DNA from: Azolla caroliniana
Taxonomy: Eukaryota > Plantae > Polypodiophyta
Length of the DNA: 64,000 nt
Assembly: GCA_043228905.1 (NCBI GenBank)
Contig: JBHGNT010000015.1
Span: forward strand, 16,182,001 to 16,246,000
Reading direction: 5' to 3'
Shown: positions 23,501 through 34,565 of the stretch, piece by piece
Position numbering within the stretch: position 1 is the stretch's first letter
How the letters are laid out: every line of letters starts with the position of its first letter
Made by a program: the position numbers and the translations under genes
The notes under the pieces: model-generated
What the model was told of the DNA's origin: nothing
What the model saw: only the letters and a program-made list of their open reading frames with translations
Database searches by the model: none

Positions 23501-25936
23501 GCCTTGACACAACCGATTTCATTGAGTCCGGTTCCAGTGATGACTAAATCATCTACATAAAGTAAGATGCAAACCAGACCGTCCAGACCTTGCCAGATGA
23601 ACAACGATGAGTCGGATTTAGAGGTCACAAACCCCATCTTACGCAACCGGTGCGTGATCTTCGCATTCCAAGCTTGGGGGGCTTGTTTCAGACCATAAAG
23701 CGGCTTCTTAAGCCGGCACACCACCGACTTGTTCATCTCCGACTTAAAACCGGGAGGTTGGATATATAGACCCGTTCTTCAAGGTCACCTTGAAGAAACG
23801 CATTTTTCACGTCCATCTGGTGAAGATGCCACCCCCTTTCCGCAGCAACCGCCAGGACCACACGAATCATTGTCATCTTCGCTACCGAAGTAGAGGTCTC
23901 GTCGTAGTTGATTCCGTGGGTCTATGAGTATCCCTTCGCCACTAACCGGGCCTTGTACTGGTTAACCGAACCGTTGGCATTGTACTCTACCTTGTACACA
24001 AACTTGCAACCAATCGGTTTACAGTGTCGAGGAGGGTCAACGAGGTCCCATGTGTCATTGGCATCGAGTGTCCGCATTTCTTCTTCCATAGCGGCACGTC
24101 AATTTGCGTCCTTTGTCGCATCTGCGTAGCTCTCCCGCTCACGCACTTCCGCCACTTTGGTCATGTACGCATAGTGATGCGTCATGTACTCATTGTACCC
24201 GTACCACGTAACGGGGTTCTTTTGGCGGGAAGACTGGCATAACTTGTCATCACCCGGTTTGGGGCCCTTCTTGGCTGGTTCGGACTTCGTTCCCGAAGAT
24301 CCGCCTTCATCCTTTCCGGAGTAGGATTCGCTCCAATCCGACTCAACGTTGCCGGTTTCGTATTACGACATTTTCTACTTCCCTTTCTCTTTGCGCGTGA
24401 ACCGTCTCCTCGGTTCCTTGCACGGGGAGAGCACGACAGAGTCTCCACTACTCCTCAGTTCCACATCCGACTGGTCAATTTGACCTAGTCGCTCGTTCGG
24501 TTCCCTCAACCGAAACGATTCCAGACTCTCTTCTAGAGTCTCAAGCTCGTCATCCTCTATCTAGACTGGTTCAAGCTCACTGGCCTCATCCTCCGAGATC
24601 GGGTCGGAGTCCGAAGTTGGAGTCGGTAGAGAGTACCACGATGCAGTCTCGTCGAACTCAACATCTCGGCTTACTTAGGCATGTTTCATTCGGGGGTTAT
24701 AGCACTTATACCCCTTATGCTCATGCGAGTAACCGACCAGGATGCACTTCTTTGACTTCGGATCAAGCTTCCTCAGCTTCTCATCTGGTACATGCACATA
24801 TGCTATGTTGCCGAATATCTGAAGGTGTCTAAAATTTGGCTTGCGCCCGAAATACAACTCATGTGCTGACACCTTGTCACCGATCCGGTTTTGGATGTAG
24901 ATGGCCGTCCGGACCGCCTCAACCCAGTAGAATTTGGGCATGTTCTTCTCCTCCAGCATTGCCCTCGCTGCATCGACAATCGACCCGTTCTTCCTTTCGG
25001 CCACACTGTTTTGTTCCAGTGTGTTCCTACAACTGAATTCTCTCCGAATTCCCTTTTGTTGTAGATAACTGTTGAATTGGCCGGAAAAGTATTCTTTTCC
25101 ACCATCCAACCACAGGCACTTGATCTTCCTCTCCGTTTCCCGTTCAGCCAAGCTTTGAAGGTTCCAGAAACACTCGAAAACTTCGCTCTTCCTCTCGATG
25201 ACGTAGATCCACATGTGCCGGCTGTAGTCATCGATGAAGGAGACAAAGTATCGACTCCCGCCAAGACTAACGTTTTGTGTCGGTTCCCATACATCCGAAT
25301 GGATTAGGTTGAGATTGTTATGGCTCTGGTTTCGTTCAGTGGGGAATGGAAGCCGATGTTGCTTCTCAAGTTGGCAGGCTTCACAAATTTCGGCCTTCTG
25401 GCCGCTAAATTTCGGCAAACCGAAAACGACTTGTTTTGATTGCACGTCTTGAAGCCTCCAATAATTGACGTGGTTGATCTACTTGTGCTAGAGTTCTATG
25501 TCTGATTCAATCTTCTATCCTTTGGCAAACAAGGTAGTGTCGACGTCGGTTGTGTCGAGGATGAACATCCTCCCATCTCTGCACCCTTGCGCAATAATCT
25601 AGCCCTCTTCCTCGATGAAGCACCTGAAGTGCGTAAACCGGACCTGCATCCCCTAGTTGACAATTTGTCCGACCGACACTAGGTTCTTTGTAATTGTCAG
25701 AACGTGTAATACGTTCATCAACTTCCCCCTCAGTCCGACATGGCTCAAAGGGACTTCTCCGACGTGCACAATCGGGTGAGGAGTGTCATCTCCAGTTTCG
25801 ACAACTCCTGATTGATTCGGTTTCTCTAGAAAAGAGAACCACTCTTTGTGGCTCGTCATGTGGTTCGACGCACCGGAATCACCATACCATACTTCCTCTG
25901 ATTTGGAAGTAGTCTTCTTCATCGAGTGTCATGGCA

Positions 25937-25990
25937 AGACTCGAACCCATGACTTTATGCTACATGGGTCGAGCTCTTACCATTAGATTA
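25937..25990 (-). promoter_or_regulatory. tRNA-like A/B-box unit in U3 of LTR D (copy in 3' LTR at 31174-31227)
   Basis: TAATCTAATGG ... AAGTC ATG GGTTCGAGTCT. T8-T54 distance is 45 nt. Each box has one mismatch to consensus. Confidence 0.55.
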
Positions 25991-26359
25991 GGAATTGTAT
26001 TTTGTAGGATATTATTTTCATTTATACTTTATCATAGAAAATTGATGTATATTCCAGATCTCTCTGGAACATTCTAGAAGCTTCAAGATTATTCCTAAAA
26101 ACACTATAAAAGGAGGCACAAGGCATTGTTTTGAACCAAATTGGTTCAACGCCAGTCTTAAGCCTCTTAGCCGCTTGTACTTATCTTTTCACATAATATA
26201 TAGCTGCTGTCATCATCTCTCTCATTCTCGCTATCTCTCTCTCTCTCCTCTTCTCACTTCCTCTCTCGGGAATCTTACGCAGTCCCGTCCTCTTAGTACT
26301 AATAGTACTGCTGTTCTTAGTACTAATTCCATCTCTGTTTTAGTACTATTCCTGATAGT

Positions 26360-26371
26360 TTGAACCAATTT
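26360..26371 (+). other. Self-priming primer-binding site of element D
   Basis: TTGAACCAATTT lies 2 nt after the LTR and is the exact complement of AAATTGGTTCAA (26138-26149), 33 nt after the TATA start (26105). It has no TGG tRNA-type start. Confidence 0.8.
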
Positions 26372-26425
26372 TTCCTCTAGCCTACTTGTCACTCTCCCTC
26401 ATCCTCCTACCCTTTTCCCTATACT

Positions 26426-27583
26426 ATGGCTACTGTTAGCGCCCAAGAATACCAATCCGTTTTCTCCGAGCTACAGTGCCTAAAAGAAAAGTTTGTTGCT
26501 CTGGAACAAGAAAACCAACGGCTGATAGGGGATCTGCAACAAATCGCTCTAGAAAAACAACAAACGCAACAACAACATGGGGAGTTAGCGTTACGGGTAC
26601 AACAACTCGAAGCAGCGTTGCAACAACAAGGATCCAGTCCCCAAGGATTTCATAAAGAGCCCAAGATTGGACTTCCTGTGAAATTTGATGGAACGCGTTC
26701 GCAATTCCGGGGATTCCTTAATCAGGTACGCTTAGTCATCCAGATGCATCCTTCCCGATATCCCACTGATGCATCTCGAGTCGGCCTAATAGGCACGCTA
26801 CTTAGCGGCTCAGCCTTGGCATGGTTTGCTCCGCTTCTAGAAAAACAATCACCCTTACTTAATAACTTTGAAGATTTTATTGGTGAGTTTAAAGCCTGCT
26901 TTGGAGACACCGACAGCATCAGGACGGCGATCAACAAGATCCGGCGATTGCGTCAAGGCGATCGTCCAGCCTCTGCCTACGCAGCGGATTTCCGCCTACT
27001 TGCTTCAGATATACCCTGGGATGATCAAGCACTAATGGAGCAGTTTCGCTATGGCTTGCGAAACGATGTCAAAGATCTACTTCTAACTTTCCCCGAAGAA
27101 CCAAAGTCTCTTACGGAGGCAATCAGTCGAGCAGTTCGATGTGACAACCGCCTTTTTGAACGGCGTTCAGAACGTCAATTACAGATACCACGCTCTAGGC
27201 CAGAGCCCACTTACGCCGCAGTCGCGGCTAAACCGTTTGCACGAGACACACCTCAAGCAAATACTTCGACACCGATGGAGATCGATACCATGCGTCGACG
27301 CGGCCCGTTATCGGAAGAAGAAAAGCAACGACGACGTGCCAATCGATTATGTCTTTATTGCGGTGGACCAGGACATATCGCCATCAATTGTCCCCATAGG
27401 CCAAGAAGACAGGTAAATCAAATCGTCGCCTGTACTAAACCCGAGTCAATTCTTCCCTTTGGAGTGTCTGATAGTATTAATAGTACTAATAGAGTGTCAG
27501 ATAGTATTCATAGTACTAATAGCCCAAGTATCTCAAATAAATTTGAAATCCTTAGTCAATTAGATGAAGAGTTAAACGATTGA
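26426..27583 (+). CDS. gag: Retrotransposon Gag (385 aa): N-terminal coiled coil, capsid, CCHC zinc knuckle
   Basis: Intact ORF with EPKIGLPVKFDGTR, LRQGDRPASAYAADF and CLYCGGPGHIAINC. Resembles sushi/PEG10-type Gag. Confidence 0.95.
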   Translation: MATVSAQEYQSVFSELQCLKEKFVALEQENQRLIGDLQQIALEKQQTQQQHGELALRVQQLEAALQQQGSSPQGFHKEPKIGLPVKFDGTRSQFRGFLNQVRLVIQMHPSRYPTDASRVGLIGTLLSGSALAWFAPLLEKQSPLLNNFEDFIGEFKACFGDTDSIRTAINKIRRLRQGDRPASAYAADFRLLASDIPWDDQALMEQFRYGLRNDVKDLLLTFPEEPKSLTEAISRAVRCDNRLFERRSERQLQIPRSRPEPTYAAVAAKPFARDTPQANTSTPMEIDTMRRRGPLSEEEKQRRRANRLCLYCGGPGHIAINCPHRPRRQVNQIVACTKPESILPFGVSDSINSTNRVSDSIHSTNSPSISNKFEILSQLDEELND

Positions 27584-27625
27584 GTCCAGCCAAAATAGGA
27601 GCCATTTGGTTGGACAGCAGCCCTA
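27571..27625 (+). other. -1 ribosomal frameshift signal (slippery G_TTA_AAC + stem-loop/pseudoknot)
   Basis: Pol is in the -1 frame and open only from 27568. A 6-nt spacer precedes an 11-bp stem (27584-27594/27605-27615). Confidence 0.75.
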
Positions 27626-30600
27626 GATCTGTACAGCCCATTAGTGGTTCCATTCCTTCCAAGCAAGTTAGCAATGTGTTCCTAGCCCAAGTCATTGTTA
27701 GTACTAAAAGTACTCCCCCAGTACCCGTCCTAGCACTTTTAGATTCCGGAGCTAATTCCTGTTTCATGGATCGAAATTTTGCCCAAGCTTCTCAGATATC
27801 CTTAAGAAAACTTCCTTGTCCCGCATCTGTAGTGGTCATTGATGGTCGTCCCATTGCTTCCGGGAATATTGTAGAAGAATCAGAACCCATTCAAGTTGTC
27901 CTAGGTAGTTTCGTGTGTATAATATCATTTAATATAATTAGTAGTCCAGAGCATCCCATTGTCCTAGGATTACCTTGGCTTGAATTACATAATCCAGCCA
28001 TAGATTGGAGAACAAGAGAAGTCCGATATCGACCACCCCAAGAATCAACTCACCGAGTTTCGACCATTTCACTCCATCAACTACGCGAAGAAGGACCCAA
28101 GGAGGCAATGTTCCTATTTGCCATATCAGTACATCCTTCTAGCACTATTAAGAAGGACTCCTCAATACAACTTCCGGCAAAATATCATCCTTATGCCGAT
28201 GTATTTGACAAGGTAAAAGCCGGTACCCTTCCTCATCACCGTTCCTATGACTGTCCCATCGATTTACAACCAGGAACCGAGCCACCATGGGGACCAATTT
28301 ACAACTTGTCACCCACCGAGTTAGAAGTCCTTCGAGCCTACATAGAGGAGAACTTGGCAAGCGGGTTCATCCGTCATTCGAAATCTCCGGCCGGTGCACC
28401 CATCTTCTTTGTCAAGAAGAAAGATGGCTCACTTCGTCTTGTCGTTGATTACCGCGGATTGAATAAAGTCACCATCCGGAATAGGTATGCACTTCCTCTT
28501 ATATCAAGTCTTTTAGAGCGAGTTAATGGTGCCAAGTTTTTTACTAAAATCGACCTACGAGGAGCGTATAATCTCGTGCGGATCTGACCGGGAGATGAGT
28601 GGAAGACCGCTTTTCGCACGCGGTATGGGCATTTCGAGTATACTGTTATGCCGTTTGGCCTAACCAATGCACCCGCAGTCTTCCAACACATGGCAAATGA
28701 TATATTCAGAGACCTCTTGGATATCTGTTTGATCATTTATCTGGATGATCTGTTGATTTATTCGAAGACCCAGGAAGAGCACGATTCTCATGTACTATTA
28801 GTACTAAAGCGACTCCGCGAGAATGGTCTTTATGCCAAGCTAGAGAAATGTAGCTTTGACTGCAAGCAAGTGGAATTTCTAGGCTACGTCATCTCCTCAA
28901 AGGGCATCGCCATGGATCCAGCTAAAATCCAAACTGTACTAGAGTGGCAAATTCCACGGTCGGTACGAGATGTACAATGTTTTCTAGGCTTTGCTAACTT
29001 CTACCGTAAGTTTATACAGGATTACTCGAAGATTATTTTACCTCTCACACAACTTACGAAGAAGGGCCAAGCATTTCTTTGGTCCATCGAAGCAGATATG
29101 GCTTTTCGGCATCTTAAGAAAGCCTTTACATCAGCACCGATTCTCGCTCATGTGGATACAAGCAAACCATTCATCATGGAGGCCGACGCATCAGATTTCG
29201 CCCTCGGTAGCATCCTTTCTCAACAAGGCGATAAAGAAGAGTTGCATCCGGTGGCTTTCCATTCGCGCAAATTCAATGTCGCAGAAATCAACTACGAAAT
29301 ACATGACAAGGAGTTATTAGCCATCGTGGATTCATTTGTACAATGGCGGCATTTCTTAGAGGGCTCTCCACATCAGGTCATTGTCTTTAGCGATCATAAA
29401 AATCTTGCTTATTTTCAGAACGCTCGCGTACTAAATCGACGGCAAGCTCGGTGGGCGCAATTCCTCACGCGTTTCAACTTCGAAATCACATATCGACCGG
29501 GGAAGCAGCAAGGAAAAGCAGATGCACTATCACGGCGTTCATATCTTGCACCTCGTCCTGGTGACGCAACATTTGATAATCAAAAGCAAGTAATCTTGGG
29601 ACCAACACGATTGCACACGACGCGGATTTTTCACACCCCGATGGATTCACGGATTACCGATGACATACGTGCAACCTTGAAGACGGATAGTTTTGCTCAA
29701 GACATCCTGGCGCACATTGATACTTCTCGGGCATCCTGTTCTCAGTCTCAACAACCAGGTATTGACTACCGACAATTCGAATATCATGATGGTTTGTTAT
29801 TCTTTAAAAAGCGCGTATATGTCCCCGATTGCTCCTGTCGCCTTCAAATCGTCCAACATTGTCACGACACCCATACGGCGGGACATTTCGGTAGTACCAA
29901 GACGTTGGAGTTAGTGCAGCGATCTTTTTGGTGGCCCCACATGCGCCGTTTTGTCGACGACTACGTTCGGACCTGTGATGCTTGCTGCCGAGCAAAGATG
30001 CCACGACACCATCCATATGGCTTGTTGGAACCTTTACCAATTCCAAGTAAGCCATGGCAGTCTATTTGTCTTGATTTTATTACAGATCTGCCGGTCTCGA
30101 AGGGGTTCGATGCTATCCTAACCGTCGTCGATCGATATACGAAGATGGCACATTTTGTGCCATGTACTAAAGCCATCACTAGCGAGGAAACCGCCGCTCT
30201 TGTTATACGTGAGGTATTTCGGCATCATGGCCTACCAGACAGTATTATCAGTGACCGAGGCCCGCAATTTGTCTCCAAATTTTGGCAGCATCTCTTCAGG
30301 ATGCTCAAGGTCTCCTGCAACCTCTCCTCCGGCTACCATCCTCAAACTGACGGACAGGCGGAACGAACAAACCAAACGTTGGAGCAATATCTCCGGTGTT
30401 TCCTGAGTTATCAACAGGACGATTGGGCCGAGATTCTCCACTTTGCGGAGTTTGCGTATAATAATGCTATTCACTCCTCGACTCGGGTCTCCCCATTTCT
30501 CGCTTATACCGGTTTCCATCCTCGTTGGTCGGTGATCGACACTCCGGAGCTCCCTACTAACCCTCGTGCCGAGGACCATTTGGAGAGGCTACGCAAGATC

Positions 30601-31152
30601 CAGATGGATCTCTCTACTCACCTTCGTCATGCTCAACACACACAGAAGACTTATGCGGATCGTCATCGGATTCCCTCCTCTTTTGCCATCGGAGATCGAG
30701 TATGGCTCTTACGTCATCACATCAAGACTACTCGACCGTGCGACAAGTTGGATTATCGACGACTCGGTCCTTTCCGTATTACGGGGAAGATTAATGATGT
30801 CACCTTCCGCCTGGATCTCCCTCCGCAGCTTCAGATACATCCGGTTTTCCATTGTTCTCTTCTTGAACCTTATAAAGCAAACACCATTCCCGATCGTGTG
30901 ACACCACCGCCGCCCCCGCTGGAGTTGGACGTCGGCCTGGAGTATGAAGTTGCTGCCATCCTCGATTCCAAACTTGTTCGCAACAAACTTTATTACTTGG
31001 TCGATTGGCTCGGTTATAGTCCAAGCGAACGTACTTGGGAACCCGTCGAGAATGTTGCCAATGCACAAGATCTTCTTGCTGATTTCCACCGAAAGTATCC
31101 GGACAAACCCGGTCCGCAGTTAGCGCCGACTCGTTCCACTCGTCGTCTTTAA
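27571..31152 (+). pseudogene. pol: Pol polyprotein of D (PR-RT-RNase H-integrase-chromodomain) with a single nonsense codon
   Basis: ORFs 27580-28587 and 28648-31152 are in one frame, separated by TGA 28585-28587 at VRI*PGDEWKT. Motifs: LLDSGA, YLDD, EADASD, HHCC, DFITDLP, GPF, YEVAAIL...YLVDWLGY. Confidence 0.93.
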
Positions 31153-34100
31153 GGGGGAGATAGTGTCATGGCAAGACTCGAACCCATGACTTTATGCTAC
31201 ATGGGTCGAGCTCTTACCATTAGATTAGGAATTGTATTTTGTAGGATATTATTTTCATTTATACTTTATCATAGAAAATTGATGTATATTCTAGATCTCT
31301 CTGGAACATTCTAGAAGCTTCAAGATTATTCCTAAAAACACTATAAAAGGAGGCACAAGGCATTGTTTTGAACCAAATTGGTTCAACGCCAGTCTTAAGC
31401 CTCTTAGCCGCTTGTACTTATCTTTTCACATAATATATAGCTGCTGTCATCATCTCTCTCATTCTCGCTATCTCTCTCTCTCTCCTCTTCTCACTTCCTC
31501 TCTCGGGAATCTTACGCAGTCCCGTCCTCTTAGTACTAATAGTACTGCTGTTCTTAGTACTAATTCCATCTCTGTTTTAGTACTATTCCTGACATCGGGT
31601 TTGCCTTGTGTCTCATCACGAAGGCTGGCCCCTTTCCAGTTTTCCCGGTTCCAGATCCCTTCGATCCTTCCGCGTAGAGCAAGCTTTGCAGATTTTCCCG
31701 ACTGATTTTGCCGGATCCGGATTTGTCTGAATCGGCGCGCTTCTTCCAACACTCGCTTTCCCTATGGCCCTTTTTGCCATAGTACCAACATTCCGTGTTG
31801 GGTTTTCCTTGCCGGTTCCTAGCACCGCTTTGACTCCCCCTACTTGTGGAGGGTCCAGAACTATTGTCGGCATTGTCTCTGTGCCTTTTTTCTTGCTCTT
31901 GCTAGCCGCCTCCATTGCGTGCCGACCCACCTCATCCTCCATGTCCACGGGGCTGATCTGACTCCGTGTACAAAATCCAGTTGTCCGATTGAGTGATCCT
32001 TGACCCGCTCGTGTGGTTTTCTTCTACCATCAACATTGATTGTAAGTCGAAGAAGGACAGTGGCTTCTCCTAGGTGTAGATCGTCGTCTGGAGGCTCGTA
32101 CCATTGTGATAGACCGTTGAGGCAGATTTGGACCATCTCGTCTTCGTCCACAGTCACGTTGATGGACCCAAGCGCATCACAAATCTCCTTTATCTTAGTG
32201 GTTTAGTCCGCAACCGACATATCTCTTTGTTGAACGTTGTTTAGCTCTTGCTGGAGCTGCAACTTACGGGCTGTGGTACTCGCGGCGAAAATCTTCCAAA
32301 GATTTTCCCAAGCCTCCTTCAGCGACTTTACATCCTTGATGTAGTCGAGCATCTGATCGTGCACACAAGATGTGAGGCAGTACATTACTCGGCTCGTTCC
32401 TTGCTCCCATGCTAGGAAGTCCTTCTGTGTCGGCTCCGACGCTACCTCGTTGGTTCCTTCCACGTAGCTCCAATATCCATGCCCCCAGCAGGTATTGGTG
32501 CATTTTATATGACCAAGATGCATAGTTGCTCTAGTCGAGCTTCTCTGTGGGAAGTGAACTCGCCATACCTCTGTCCATATCTTTCTCTCTGTCTGTTCTT
32601 ACCGGGTTCTAGGGTTCGTCTACAAAAGCAAGTGTCGGTTGCAGAGGTTCTCAACCCTTGCGCTCCAATACCATGTGAATGTTAACGTGCAGAAGCATTA
32701 GACAAAACTGGCTCAACCGGCTAGCAACAGAGAAAAAGATGAAGGTTTAATGGAGAAGCTTAATACACAGAGAGTATACGTGGGAGAGACAAAGAGAGAG
32801 CAGAACGTAAACGTAGATTCAAAAAAATAAAAACGTTTTGTACATACAATGTGCTATAACAACACTATTTATACAAGTCCATAAAAGAACTAACAAAAGT
32901 ACCACGTACTTCAATATTCCTACGTGTGACTGACACTAACTACGAGACAATGATTACCTAGTAGTCTAGGCTACTACTAGGCTTCTGGTTCATGCTCGAA
33001 TCCGGCTCTCCGATCCGTCTCTGGCCGGTTGTTTCCGGATACCGATCCGGCTCTTGGTTTCGGATACCGATTTGGCTTAGGCTTATCCAGCCGATCTGGA
33101 TCTGGTTGAGCTTGCTCGCTCAACACATTTGCTTTGCCTTGTTGCATCCCAAGGTGATATAGAATTATGAAATCAAAACGAGTTAAGAACTCCGCCCAAA
33201 CAAGCTTGTCGATGACTCAAGACTCAAGCACTTTGGAAGTACATTAGATTTTTGTGATCATTGTAGACAATGATATGTTGGGAAGAACCCCCCAAGAAAT
33301 GACGCCATTGTTGAAAAGAATCCACAATGGCAAGAAGCTCTTTGTCGTGAATCTCATAGTTGATTTCTACAGCTTCAAATTTTTGTGAGTGAAAAGCCAC
33401 AGGGTGCAGTAGGCCATTATCGCCAATCTGGGATATTACGCTTCCTAGTGCGAAGTCGTATGCATCAACTTCAAGTGTAAATGCTTGCTTCATTGGATCA
33501 ACATGCATCAAAATTGGTGCGGATGTAAATGCTTGCTTTAAACCTTCAAATGCAAAGTTTGCATTTGTACTCCACACAAATGGTCAATTCCTTTGTGTCA
33601 GTTGAGTGAGGAGCAATACGATCTTTGAATAATCTTTGATGAACTTGCGATAACAGTTTGTGAACCCCAAAAAACATTGTACATATCGCACAGACTGTGG
33701 TGTTTGGTAGTCCAAAATTGTGTGAACCTTTGTTGGATCCATAGAGATGCCATGTGAAGAGACTATGTACCCCAAAAATTCCACTTGACGCTAGTCGAAA
33801 CTACACTTCTCCAATTTTGCATAGAGACCATATTCACGCAACCGTTGTAAAGCTTGTTGAACGTGTATATCATGCTCCTCTTGAGTTTTTGAGTAGATCA
33901 AGATATCATCCAGGTAAACTATGACAAAAATATCGAGGAAATCTCGAAAAATGTCATTCGTCATATGTTGGAAAACGGTTGGTGCATTCATGAGATCAAA
34001 TGGCATCACTATATACTCAAAATGGCGATAGTGAGTACGGAAAGCAGTCTTCCATTTATCCCTAGGACGAATTCGAACAAGGTTGTAAGCACCATGAATA

Positions 34101-34510
34101 TCCAATTTTGTTAAATATTTAGCTCCGTTGAGGCATTCCAGAAAGCTTGAGATCAATGGTAGAGCCTATCGGTTTCAAATAGTTACTTTATTCAATCCCC
34201 GATAATCCATGACCAGACGAAGCGAACCATCTTTCTTCTTAACGAAAAATATGGGTGCACCGGCAAGAGATCTTGAATGCCAGATAAACCCATTTGCCAA
34301 GTTCGCATCGATATATTCCCGAAGAACCTCTAGCTCCGTGGGCGAAAGATTATAAATTGGCCCTCATGGAGGCCCTTTTTCGAGCTGCAAATCAATTGGG
34401 CAATCATATGGTCGACACTCTGGTAGTCTATTGGCCTTCACCTTATTGAACACATCGGAGAATAAACTATATCATATATACATACATATATATTAGTTTA
34501 TCATATATGT

Positions 34511-34565
34511 TATTATAATGGTTAAAGGTCCAACACATAGACCAAGACATTGTGGGTTCGAATCC
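34511..34565 (+). promoter_or_regulatory. tRNA-like A/B-box unit in U3 of LTR E (second copy 19254-19308)
   Basis: TATTATAATGG ... perfect B box GGTTCGAATCC (34555-34565). T8-T54 distance is 46 nt in both LTR copies. Confidence 0.65.

Larger units (their letters stand above)
25927..31594 (+). mobile_element. Near-intact full-length Gypsy chromovirus element D (5668 bp)
   Basis: 431-bp LTRs at 25927-26357 and 31164-31594, with 2 differences seen. TSD tcgag/tcggg, PBS 26360-26371, PPT 31151-31163. Gag and pol complete apart from one stop. Confidence 0.97.
21709..33125 (-). mobile_element. Ty1/Copia element H, degenerate, host of element D
   Basis: LTRs 21709-22140 and 32674-33125, perfect TSD CATTT, PBS TGGTATTGGAGC (tRNA-Meti-like, 32662-32673), PPT ttgagggggag. 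Gag 31600-32520, protease DSGASNHM, integrase 24675-25445, RT LYVDD 23272-23736, RNase H. Confidence 0.93.

Noticed and set aside
28585-28587. Programmed stop-codon read-through in pol of D
   Set aside because: It falls inside the conserved RT motif where elements E and A encode R/K. A CGA>TGA mutation is the simpler explanation.
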